Below, piece by piece: positions 42,591 through 49,227 of a stretch of DNA of 49,227 nt (position 1 is the first letter of the stretch; the number at the start of each line of letters is the position of its first letter). The stretch is from IMG/VR virus record IMGVR_UViG_3300045988_084225, positions 1 to 49,227 of that record. One strand, written 5' to 3'. The notes beneath the pieces are model-generated. The model was not told the origin of the DNA. It did not search any database and saw nothing but the letters and a program-made list of their open reading frames with translations. This DNA comes from a virus. A program made the translations under genes and the position numbers.

Positions 42591-43778
42591 ATGGAAGACA
42601 TACAATACAAAAGAAATATGATGGGAGTATTCGAATCTCCTATCAAGTGTGATATTGGTGAACTATCAATTAAAGAGCTATTTTCGCAGAAGATGGATAA
42701 CACGAGATTATCTAAAACAAAAATAGCTGATTTACTACGCATGGACGTAGCAACGCTGAACAAGATTGTTGACGGCAATTATTCTGGTGCAAGCGTTTTC
42801 AATGTTCTAAAGGTAGCAATGTTCTTGGGCATTTCTATGGATGAATTTCTTCGCGCGAATGCGGATATAATCAGCAAGGAAGAAGTAAAGGATATATGCG
42901 ACATTCGAGATGTTTCTCTTCTGTGTGAATACTTCGATATAAAGACTTTGAGGGATTTAGGATTTTTCTCTGACAATAACTATGCAGAAAGAATAAAGCA
43001 TTTCTTTGGATTGGGTAGACTACAAGAATATGTAAGCAATGTAGCAAAGCTATCAACTGCTTATAGCACAACGAAGAATAGCTATGATGTGAAGATGCGC
43101 AATTTCTGGACGACTTCTGCTTATATGCAATTTGAAAAGATTGCGAATCCTCATGTGTACAATAGGAAACGACTTTTAGAATTACTTCCTAATATTCGCC
43201 CATACACGAAGAATGTAGAAAAGGGACTGATTAGTATTATACGTGCATTGTATGCGATAGGTGTCACTATCATATATCAGCCGTCAATCCCGAAGATGCA
43301 AGTCCGTGGCGCAACAATGGAATATAACGGAAAACCTTGCGTAGTAATATCTGATTTAAACAAGAGATACCCGACATTATGGTTTTCGCTTTTTCATGAA
43401 TTATACCATGTGCTTTTTGATTTCGATAATATCAAATTCAACAAGTATCATATCAGTTCATCTGATGGTGATTTGCTGTTAACAGATGAAGATGCAGCTG
43501 ATTGTTTTGCTAGAGATTTTATTCTTTCTCCTACAAAGGTGCGATTTATAAAAACCTATATCAATGCTCCAACAATCGTAGAACGCTACGCAAAAGAATG
43601 GGGAATACATAGTTCTCTCATATATGCGATTGCAGCATTTGATGATGGTAAATGGGCTGCTTATAATAAGTTTATCCCAAAGTCAGATAAAGCGACAGGA
43701 GTAATCAACACGAATGTATTTCAATGTGATTCAATAGAACAATCAAGTAAAATGTATAAACAAAAAATAGAGTTATGA
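42591..43778 (+). CDS. XRE HTH fused to an ImmA/IrrE-family zinc metallopeptidase
   Basis: 395 aa. The N-terminal HTH includes LSKTKIADLLRMDVATLNKIVDG. HExxH motif in FHELYHVLFD. Confidence 0.75.
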   Translation: MEDIQYKRNMMGVFESPIKCDIGELSIKELFSQKMDNTRLSKTKIADLLRMDVATLNKIVDGNYSGASVFNVLKVAMFLGISMDEFLRANADIISKEEVKDICDIRDVSLLCEYFDIKTLRDLGFFSDNNYAERIKHFFGLGRLQEYVSNVAKLSTAYSTTKNSYDVKMRNFWTTSAYMQFEKIANPHVYNRKRLLELLPNIRPYTKNVEKGLISIIRALYAIGVTIIYQPSIPKMQVRGATMEYNGKPCVVISDLNKRYPTLWFSLFHELYHVLFDFDNIKFNKYHISSSDGDLLLTDEDAADCFARDFILSPTKVRFIKTYINAPTIVERYAKEWGIHSSLIYAIAAFDDGKWAAYNKFIPKSDKATGVINTNVFQCDSIEQSSKMYKQKIEL

Positions 43779-44233
43779 CAACTAACGAGAAATTAAGGAA
43801 AAAGAAAGACTTGGAAATTCAAGAACTTTTGCATAATGCAGACCAATCTAGAACAGATGGCATTCTGATTGATGAGCAAGAAGATTCTATCTTGATAAAA
43901 GATGAAATTAAAGATTTGCTTGATACGCAAATTGATGACCCTGCAATGAAGTACGATTCATATTACAAGTGCATTGAAGCTATCTTTCGTGAATATATCC
44001 CTAAAGGAGAAGGTGGCGAATTGATACGTGAAGAAAAATGCACATTTCTTACTGGGCATCGAAAAGATAGCAATGGCATACGTGGTGCAGATAGTCGTCA
44101 ATCAACCCTCGCTGATATGAGTGAATTACTTGTTATCTTGCATGATTGGATTGATAGAGGGGCTAATCCTTTTGACTTATATACAACACTTTTGGAAGAG
44201 AATAAGAAAAGAGGGTATGGTGAACCAACATAG
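43775..44233 (+). CDS. Hypothetical acidic protein translationally coupled to the ImmA-like gene
   Basis: 152 aa. ATGA overlap with the upstream gene. Confidence 0.6.
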   Translation: MTTNEKLRKKKDLEIQELLHNADQSRTDGILIDEQEDSILIKDEIKDLLDTQIDDPAMKYDSYYKCIEAIFREYIPKGEGGELIREEKCTFLTGHRKDSNGIRGADSRQSTLADMSELLVILHDWIDRGANPFDLYTTLLEENKKRGYGEPT

Positions 44234-44242
44234 ACAATAGCA

Positions 44243-44268
44243 AAAGCAGCTCGCAAGGGCTGCTTTTA
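44243..44268 (+). terminator. Intrinsic terminator (plus strand)
   Basis: AGCAGC (44245..44250) pairs with GCTGCT (44259..44264), followed by TTT. Confidence 0.65.
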
Positions 44269-44275
44269 TTATGTC

Positions 44276-44304
44276 TAAAAAAGCGAGGGGCACTGCCCCT
44301 CGCT
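44276..44304 (-). terminator. Intrinsic terminator (minus strand)
   Basis: AGCGAGGGGC (44282..44291) pairs with GCCCCTCGCT (44295..44304). A T-run follows on the minus strand. Confidence 0.75.
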
Positions 44305-44313
44305 ATTGGTATG

Positions 44314-44625
44314 TTATATTGTTTTTAACGGTTTATAATGTTGTATGTATTCTTTGAATCTTTCCGCTTGGCTCTTGAGTATATTCCCAAATGAGAGGTT
44401 TGCTCTTAGCTCCTCTAGCCCATATTCGTCAATATACCTACCTACGCAAGGATTGAGCATAAGAGACGGAATGGCTTCTACACCACTCATGTCTAATTTT
44501 ACGCTTTCCCCGTGATTCCTTTTATCAATCATGATACAATATAACTCCTCCCCAGCTTTGCGGTAGTCCCTTGTGCGAGACATAATGTCGGATACTTTAA
44601 TTGTACACATAGTTTTAAAATTCAA
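44314..44625 (-). CDS. STAS-like (DUF4325-type) protein
   Basis: 103 aa. SVKLDMSGVEAIPSLMLNPCVGRYIDEYG. It overlaps the upstream ATPase gene by 11 nt. Confidence 0.55.
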   Translation of the reverse strand: MNFKTMCTIKVSDIMSRTRDYRKAGEELYCIMIDKRNHGESVKLDMSGVEAIPSLMLNPCVGRYIDEYGLEELRANLSFGNILKSQAERFKEYIQHYKPLKTI

Positions 44626-45466
44626 AATCGGTTAATACATCTTCTTCTTCAAGATTGGGAACATCAATGTCGAAATCTATGAGAGTTCCTCTGAATTCGA
44701 AATCAAGTGGGAATGTTTGTTGTTTGCCATCAATTTTTATCAAATATGCACTCTTGCTAAACACTCTAACGTTGTCTGAGTTAGTCAGAATGTTGTCAAG
44801 TCCGAACCCTCGATTATTTTTCTGAGATTGTGTAGTGAAGTTTTTTCTCATAGAAATTTCAAGAGCCTCTGTATCTGTTATTTTCTTGCCAAGAAATGCA
44901 CAAACTGAATTTGGTATAGATATTCCAAAATCACAAATTGCAACATTTATCTTTTTAAATCTATCGTTGTATGCGATAACGCTGAAAGCATTCCCTTTCG
45001 CATTCGCGTGGTCAAAGACATTATTGTATGCTTCAGCGAGTGTCGTTGATATCGGTGTGAAGTCTTTATTGCCTTTGATTATGTTCTTGAAATAATTTGT
45101 CACTTCGCTTGCAAATATATCCTTTTCGCCATCTATGATTTTCCACAAGCTAAAAATATTATCAGCTTTACTTTTAGCGTGTTGCATTCCTAACTTCCAA
45201 TATGATAGAAATCCACAATCTTCACATATATAATTGCAAACATTGCAATTATTTCGAGAAATGCTAACAGAGTATTCTTTATCAATCAGAAATTGTATCA
45301 AGCACGCGAGCGATGTAAGATGGAATGGCTTCAATTCACTTTCGGCAATGCATTCATCGAAATCCAATAGAATATCATTGTCTTCTGATTCGCATTGATT
45401 AACAATGGATGCAATCTTTTGCACCCACTTAATCTTGTTCGCAGTTTCAAATAATATTCTTTCCAT
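44615..45466 (-). CDS. GHKL (histidine-kinase-like, Bergerat-fold) ATPase
   Basis: N-box EAYNNVFDHA, G1-like ICDFGISIP, G2 NNRGFGLDNI. Likely start is MERILFE at 45466. Confidence 0.65.
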   Translation of the reverse strand: MERILFETANKIKWVQKIASIVNQCESEDNDILLDFDECIAESELKPFHLTSLACLIQFLIDKEYSVSISRNNCNVCNYICEDCGFLSYWKLGMQHAKSKADNIFSLWKIIDGEKDIFASEVTNYFKNIIKGNKDFTPISTTLAEAYNNVFDHANAKGNAFSVIAYNDRFKKINVAICDFGISIPNSVCAFLGKKITDTEALEISMRKNFTTQSQKNNRGFGLDNILTNSDNVRVFSKSAYLIKIDGKQQTFPLDFEFRGTLIDFDIDVPNLEEEDVLTDFEF

Positions 45467-45470
45467 GCTG

Positions 45471-45478
45471 CAAAGATA
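45471..45478 (-). promoter_or_regulatory. -7 box TATCTTTG only 4 nt upstream of the ATPase ATG (a leaderless transcript is possible)
   Basis: The reverse complement reads TATCTTTGCAGCATGG. Confidence 0.4.
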
Positions 45479-45520
45479 CAATCTAAATCAACATCAGTCA
45501 ACAATCAACCACATTTTAAC

Positions 45521-45549
45521 AAAAAAACGAGCATTGAAACCAATGCTCG
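45521..45549 (-). terminator. Strong intrinsic terminator on the minus strand, upstream of the ATPase gene
   Basis: CGAGCATTG (45528..45536) pairs with CAATGCTCG (45541..45549). On the minus strand T7 follows. Confidence 0.75.
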
Positions 45550-45626
45550 CCCGTCCCAAAAGGTTCGATTAATATCTACGATAGTAGAAATTTTATTTGT
45601 ATTTCAATTCCAGCTTTAGGACGTTG

Positions 45627-45634
45627 CAAAGATA
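45627..45634 (-). promoter_or_regulatory. -7 box TATCTTTG (TATCTTTGCAACG) about 80 nt upstream of the terminator
   Basis: It has the same core as the cassette promoters. It would give a ~100-nt terminated RNA or a conditional leader. Confidence 0.5.
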
Positions 45635-45775
45635 GAAATTACGTTTCACCCTACCAAATTTTTCACAAGGGAAAAACAATCAACTTACAAAAGTAACAAA
45701 TAACTTACAAGTAGCTTCTTCTCACCTTTGCGGTATCGGGAAATAGTTCCCGACTAACTAAAAAACACTACTATT

Positions 45776-46612
45776 ATGAGTGAAGTTGAAAAAGTAATCT
45801 GTTGCGACAGAGGTAATGATGCGCTTGCTTATGCGGCAATGGCGAACAACAAGGGCAATGACCCCATGGCCTTGGCTGCAATGATGAATGGTGGCCTTGG
45901 AGGTGCAAACCAATGGCTTAACAATCCGTTTTTGTATCTTATTTTTCTTGCCATGTTCGGTGGCAATGGCTTCGGCTTCGGCAACAACCGCAATGGTCTG
46001 CAAGATGCCGAGATACAGGGTCAAATTCAGTCGTTGCGCTCACAGATGGCCGACAACCACAACTCCGACTTGCTGATGCAGGCAATCAAGGGCAATAACG
46101 ATGCGTTGACCACGTTGGGCGCAAACCTTAATTGCGACTTCAACCAGTTGCAGCAGGGCGTGTGTGCAGTTCGCTCCGCTATTGACAATGTAAGCGGACA
46201 GGTAGGATTTTCGGCAGAGCGCGTAATCAACGCAGCGGAGAGAGGTAATGCAGCTGTAATTCAAGCAATACAAAATTGCTGCTGCAACACGCAGAACAAC
46301 ATCACCAAGATGGGCTATGAGAATCAGCTCGCAATACAAGGACAGACCAACTCCTTGCAGCAGAGCCTCAATTTTGTAAACTCATCGGTGGAGCGCGGAT
46401 TTAGCTCGGTTGGCTATCAGATGTCGCAGGACAAGTGCGATGTTATACGCGCAGGTCAGGACAACACACAGCGTATAATTGATGCCTTGAACAACCATTG
46501 GTATGCTGACATTGACCGCAAGTATCAAGATGCACGTTTGGAATTGTCACAACAAAGCCAGACAGCAGCCTTGATTGCAGCACTTGGTAAGACCACAACT
46601 GCGACAACTTGA
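45776..46612 (+). CDS. Q/N-rich protein with one hydrophobic Gly-rich segment and a CCC motif; unknown function
   Basis: 278 aa. NPFLYLIFLAMFGGNGFGFGNN and IQNCCCNTQNN. It has its own upstream region and terminator. Confidence 0.7.
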   Translation: MSEVEKVICCDRGNDALAYAAMANNKGNDPMALAAMMNGGLGGANQWLNNPFLYLIFLAMFGGNGFGFGNNRNGLQDAEIQGQIQSLRSQMADNHNSDLLMQAIKGNNDALTTLGANLNCDFNQLQQGVCAVRSAIDNVSGQVGFSAERVINAAERGNAAVIQAIQNCCCNTQNNITKMGYENQLAIQGQTNSLQQSLNFVNSSVERGFSSVGYQMSQDKCDVIRAGQDNTQRIIDALNNHWYADIDRKYQDARLELSQQSQTAALIAALGKTTTATT

Positions 46613-46713
46613 AGAAGTGGTAAGACCTATGTGGCGAAGCCCGAAGAGTTTCAGACCAATTTATTGACGCCAATAAAAAGGTCGAAAAAGTCACGTAGGA
46701 GTAAGTAATCACG

Positions 46714-46745
46714 GAATGTCATTCTTCGGGATGGCATTCTTTTTA
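46714..46745 (+). terminator. Intrinsic terminator
   Basis: GAATGTCAT (46714..46722) pairs with ATGGCATTC (46731..46739), followed by TTTTT. Confidence 0.7.
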
Positions 46746-46756
46746 TTATTAAGAAA

Positions 46757-47239
46757 ATGCTATTCAAAGATATAAAGACAGGTTATCCCATCTACTTTCT
46801 TGATAAGGATAACGTAAGATATTATCAAGGCAAGGTGGTAAGTGTTGCCGTCCCTCGCTACAACAATCAGGTGGGTGCGACTTATGGAACACAACCTACT
46901 GGCATGGTGGTGGATATTACCATTGAAGCGGAAGGAGCGACAAAGACCTATACAATTCCAGAAACATCTACTATTACCTATGCAGGAACCCTTGTGCTTT
47001 CAACCGACAAAGAAGGAATACTTCGAGAGGTGGAAGCGCTAAAGGCAGTAAGCGAGGAAGCACTATCTAAGATAGATAAGCACAAACAGGTAGTATCTAA
47101 TTGCGAAACCCTGCTTGAAGAGCTAAATCCTGCCTTTGCGGAGAAACGTGCGCAAGACAAGCGTATTGAGGGAATTGAGAACGAGGTGAAGAGCCTTAGC
47201 AGTATAGTGAAGGATTTTATAAATGAGTTTAAAAAATGA
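46757..47239 (+). CDS. Hypothetical protein with a C-terminal coiled coil
   Basis: 160-aa ORF. Confidence 0.65.
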   Translation: MLFKDIKTGYPIYFLDKDNVRYYQGKVVSVAVPRYNNQVGATYGTQPTGMVVDITIEAEGATKTYTIPETSTITYAGTLVLSTDKEGILREVEALKAVSEEALSKIDKHKQVVSNCETLLEELNPAFAEKRAQDKRIEGIENEVKSLSSIVKDFINEFKK

Positions 47240-47574
47240 GGATATACGTAACGATAGGTAAGAAAGAGGAGTGCAAGCACTTCGATAAGAAGAGTGCAGA
47301 AGAGGCGGTGAAGAGAATTTACTATACCTCTAAGGATGGAGTAGAACATCATGGCGCACACTGGACGCTAGAACAAGTTCTTGAAGTCACTAGTAAATTG
47401 CAGTTTAAAGAGTGCGTAACAGACTACGATAAGTATGTAGCGTTCAATGCTGCTTATGCAGACTTGAATAAAACGCTAACGACAGAACTAATCATAGAGA
47501 CTGCTTATGCTTTCTTCTTCGAGGACGAGGATGCTCCTTGTAATAAGATTTGGCTATATATGAGGATCTTTTGA
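47236..47574 (+). CDS. Hypothetical protein
   Basis: 112 aa. ATGA overlap with the upstream gene. Confidence 0.6.
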   Translation: MRIYVTIGKKEECKHFDKKSAEEAVKRIYYTSKDGVEHHGAHWTLEQVLEVTSKLQFKECVTDYDKYVAFNAAYADLNKTLTTELIIETAYAFFFEDEDAPCNKIWLYMRIF

Positions 47575-47610
47575 AAATAAAGGCAGACACGTAAGTATGT
47601 CTGCCTTTAT
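47575..47610. terminator. Bidirectional terminator between convergent genes
   Basis: AGGCAGAC (47581..47588) pairs with GTCTGCCT (47599..47606). The stem is flanked by A-rich and T-rich tracts. Confidence 0.7.
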
Positions 47611-47611
47611 T

Positions 47612-47791
47612 CTATAATAGATTTAGCTTGTTGACCAAATAACTTCCGAGGTCTGCGTTTTCCTCTTTAGCTCGTTTTTTTAGCTCTACTGCTGCTGCTT
47701 TTGGCAAGCGTGCAAATATACTAACTTTGCCCAATGGTTTTCTGCCTGCACCTTGGCGTGCTCCTCCCCATGTTGGTTTTGTCTTTCCCAT
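47612..47791 (-). CDS. Small ribbon-helix-helix-like DNA-binding protein (59 aa)
   Basis: MGKTKPTWGGARQGAGRKPLGKVSIFARLPKAAAVELKKRAKEENADLGSYLVNKL. Just below the ORF-track cutoff. Confidence 0.5.
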   Translation of the reverse strand: MGKTKPTWGGARQGAGRKPLGKVSIFARLPKAAAVELKKRAKEENADLGSYLVNKLNLL

Positions 47792-47795
47792 TTTT

Positions 47796-48284
47796 TTAAA
47801 TTCTTAACTTGCCCGTGGGGGCAAAGGATGTGTGATAATCCTTGTCTATTACTCTAAGGTAGTCTTCTATTGCCTTATTCACTCCTTCAAGCTCGCTATG
47901 TATGCGAGCATAATTATCGTCATACCAGTTTTGAAATTCTTGGCTATCATGGTCTTCGGGTACGTCATCGCCATAATCGTAGATAAGTCCATTCATATCG
48001 TCAATATCAAGCAGCATGCTTGCAACATTCAGTTGCGGAAGTCCGCTCTCGTTGATTGCGTCTTCTATGTTCTCAATCTCGTCAAAAGTTGAATGGTCTT
48101 CACTACTCTTCGTAAGACTATCCATATTGCAATGAAACTCGTGGCGAATTGCGCATAGCTTTGAAATAAGTTCTGCTTGCTCTTCGCTCATACCATTCTG
48201 CACAGCAATTTCTTCGTTTGTGAGATTGCGAGCGGCCGCGGATTCTCTGCGGTAATCGTATTGCTTTTGATTGAGATGTGCCAT
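47796..48284 (-). CDS. Strongly acidic hypothetical protein
   Basis: 162 aa with D/E-rich runs (DIDDMNGLIYDYGDDVPEDHDSQEF). Confidence 0.65.
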   Translation of the reverse strand: MAHLNQKQYDYRRESAAARNLTNEEIAVQNGMSEEQAELISKLCAIRHEFHCNMDSLTKSSEDHSTFDEIENIEDAINESGLPQLNVASMLLDIDDMNGLIYDYGDDVPEDHDSQEFQNWYDDNYARIHSELEGVNKAIEDYLRVIDKDYHTSFAPTGKLRI

Positions 48285-48321
48285 TCTTGAACTTAACCGT
48301 GATGTCGAGGGCTAGTATGTA

Positions 48322-48552
48322 TTATTCAACTCCCAAATCAGTTTGAACTCCCTTGGGTAAGAATCTCCCAATTTCGTCTTTTGGATTTTTACGACCTCTT
48401 TCAATTTCAAGGTCTGTAAGGTCAAACCCATTCGCTTCGCACATTTCACGAAATTCTTGTTCTGAATCAGCTATGCCGCTATACATAGCAACACCAACGT
48501 TGCAGCCTTTGCCGTTGTAATCAACGGCAGAAAAAGAATATAAATCTCTCAT
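48322..48552 (-). CDS. Small hypothetical protein
   Basis: 76-aa ORF. Confidence 0.55.
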   Translation of the reverse strand: MRDLYSFSAVDYNGKGCNVGVAMYSGIADSEQEFREMCEANGFDLTDLEIERGRKNPKDEIGRFLPKGVQTDLGVE

Positions 48553-48560
48553 AGCATTCT

Positions 48561-48836
48561 TTATTTAATAGGTTCTATTTCGACTGCCCATGCAGCTGTA
48601 GTAGAATCCTCATATGCAACTGCATAGTAATAATTCCCTACTTTAACTACAGCGAAATAGTAGTCATTCTCGTGTGCTGAGAGCCATTCAGTGTAGTCTT
48701 CTCTGCCGATTTCTTTTAAGAAATCGTAAATGGAACCTTGTTCATCTTCTGCCGATAGATACTCGGCATTCTGAAAATAAGAAGGTTCTACTACCTCGTA
48801 AATAGTCCCTTTCGCTTTAATGTCTGTTATAAGCAT
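48561..48836 (-). CDS. Small acidic hypothetical protein
   Basis: 91-aa ORF, first gene after the cassette promoter. Confidence 0.6.
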   Translation of the reverse strand: MLITDIKAKGTIYEVVEPSYFQNAEYLSAEDEQGSIYDFLKEIGREDYTEWLSAHENDYYFAVVKVGNYYYAVAYEDSTTAAWAVEIEPIK

Positions 48837-48881
48837 GATTTTTTGTTTTAGTTGTTCTTACTTTCGTTCTTAATTACGTTG

Positions 48882-48889
48882 CAAAGATA
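48882..48889 (-). promoter_or_regulatory. -7 box TATCTTTG of the right-end reverse operon (third copy of the promoter/leader cassette)
   Basis: The reverse complement reads ATTATCTTTGCAACGTAATTAAGAACGAAAGTAAGAACAAC. Confidence 0.6.
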
Positions 48890-49019
48890 ATGCTTATTTT
48901 TGAAAGATGCAAATTCTTTCAAGATTATTTTTTAGATTATTGAGTTTTTCTTGTTTTCGCTATCTTTGAAACGGGTGCGCCAAATTCTACCATTGTTAAA
49001 ATCGATGATATTAATGTGT

Positions 49020-49030
49020 AAATCCGTGAG
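49020..49030 (+). repeat. Third copy of AAATCCGTGAG (candidate arm-type site on the opposite attP arm)
   Basis: Exact match to 177..187 and 188..198, in the same orientation. Confidence 0.5.
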
Positions 49031-49086
49031 AAAATAAATCATGTGCTTATAAACAGTTGATATTCAAGTATTTAAAGTTCATACAA

Positions 49087-49136
49087 ACCTGCTTTGGGAG
49101 CAGGGGGTCGTGGGTTCGAATCCCGTCGCCCCGACA
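49087..49136 (+). tRNA. Second copy of the partial tRNA 3' portion (same sequence as 1..50)
   Basis: Part of the terminal repeat. The preceding 49040..49086 has no tRNA 5' half. Confidence 0.55.
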
Positions 49137-49227
49137 ACGATTAGAAACCGCTGATAATCAACAATTTCTGTTGGTTGTTGGCGGTTCTTTTTATGACCTT
49201 TTATGAGAAAAGAGGGCGCGTTTTTTG
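49087..49227. repeat. Direct terminal repeat copy 2 (identical to 1..141)
   Basis: 141/141 identity read directly. The window ends exactly at the repeat edge. Confidence 0.95.

Larger units (their letters stand above)
1..49227. mobile_element. Complete temperate tailed-phage genome (siphovirus-like), probably circular; unique length 49086 bp if the terminal repeat is an assembly overlap
   Basis: Canonical module order (int/repressor, RecT-exo, terminase, portal, MuF, capsid, tail tube, chaperone frameshift, tape measure, lysis). No sheath gene. Exact 141-bp repeat at both window ends. Confidence 0.9.

Noticed and set aside
45560-45572. GGTTCGATT T-loop-like string in the 45.5 kb intergenic region, as a possible tRNA.
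   Set aside because: There is no flanking T-stem, acceptor or other tRNA arms on either strand. It sits in the predicted minus-strand leader and looks like a chance match.
49040-49136. A complete tRNA gene at the right end, or spanning the circular junction.
   Set aside because: The sequence upstream of 49087 (…ATTTAAAGTTCATACAA) cannot supply an acceptor 5' strand complementary to CGCCCCG, a D-arm or an anticodon arm. Only the 3' portion is present.

Overview
The window is a complete temperate tailed-phage genome of about 49.1 kb. It has a siphovirus-type tail module and no sheath gene. Positions 1..141 and 49087..49227 are identical, and the window starts and ends exactly on this repeat. 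That pattern fits the overlap left by assembling a circular molecule, although an att duplication is not excluded. The repeat begins inside the 3' half of a class-II-like tRNA and lies next to a tyrosine integrase, so it probably carries attP. Expression signals look Bacteroidota-like: many TAnnTTTG -7 boxes and few Shine-Dalgarno sequences.

Gene order, left to right:
- Lysogeny: int, a small membrane protein and a CI-like repressor on the minus strand.
- Early operon: Xis-like HTH, RecT plus YqaJ exonuclease, and replication-module proteins.
- Many small genes, including dUTPase, a Gly-rich protein, a hexapeptide-repeat protein, a DUF1064 nuclease and a ParB-methyltransferase fusion.
- Packaging and head: TerS, TerL, portal and a MuF protein with a long C-terminal extension.
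- A reverse-oriented four-gene insert that contains a 620-bp ORF-free spacer.
- Structural and lysis genes: DUF559 nuclease, scaffold, capsid, connectors, tail tube, chaperones with a T9 frameshift site, tape measure, tail tip and fibre, holin, GH108 lysin and a u-spanin.
- A right-arm accessory region: a DnaA-domain-IV-like HTH, a HigBA-like pair, an XRE-ImmA fusion with a partner gene, a GHKL-ATPase plus STAS-like pair, a Q/N-rich CCC-motif protein, and a second reverse-oriented early operon.

The most unusual signals:
1. A minus-strand small gene at 8.9-9.2 kb. The first 25 nt of its predicted transcript are complementary to its own translation start region, and two leader hairpins have complementary loops.
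2. The 620-bp transcribed spacer at 23.5-24.1 kb.
3. One promoter-plus-leader cassette reused at three operons.
4. The GHKL plus STAS-like pair behind a leader terminator.
5. A CI-like repressor that appears to lack the S24 catalytic dyad, together with an ImmA-type protease elsewhere in the genome.

All product calls come from motif recognition by eye. No database search was run.
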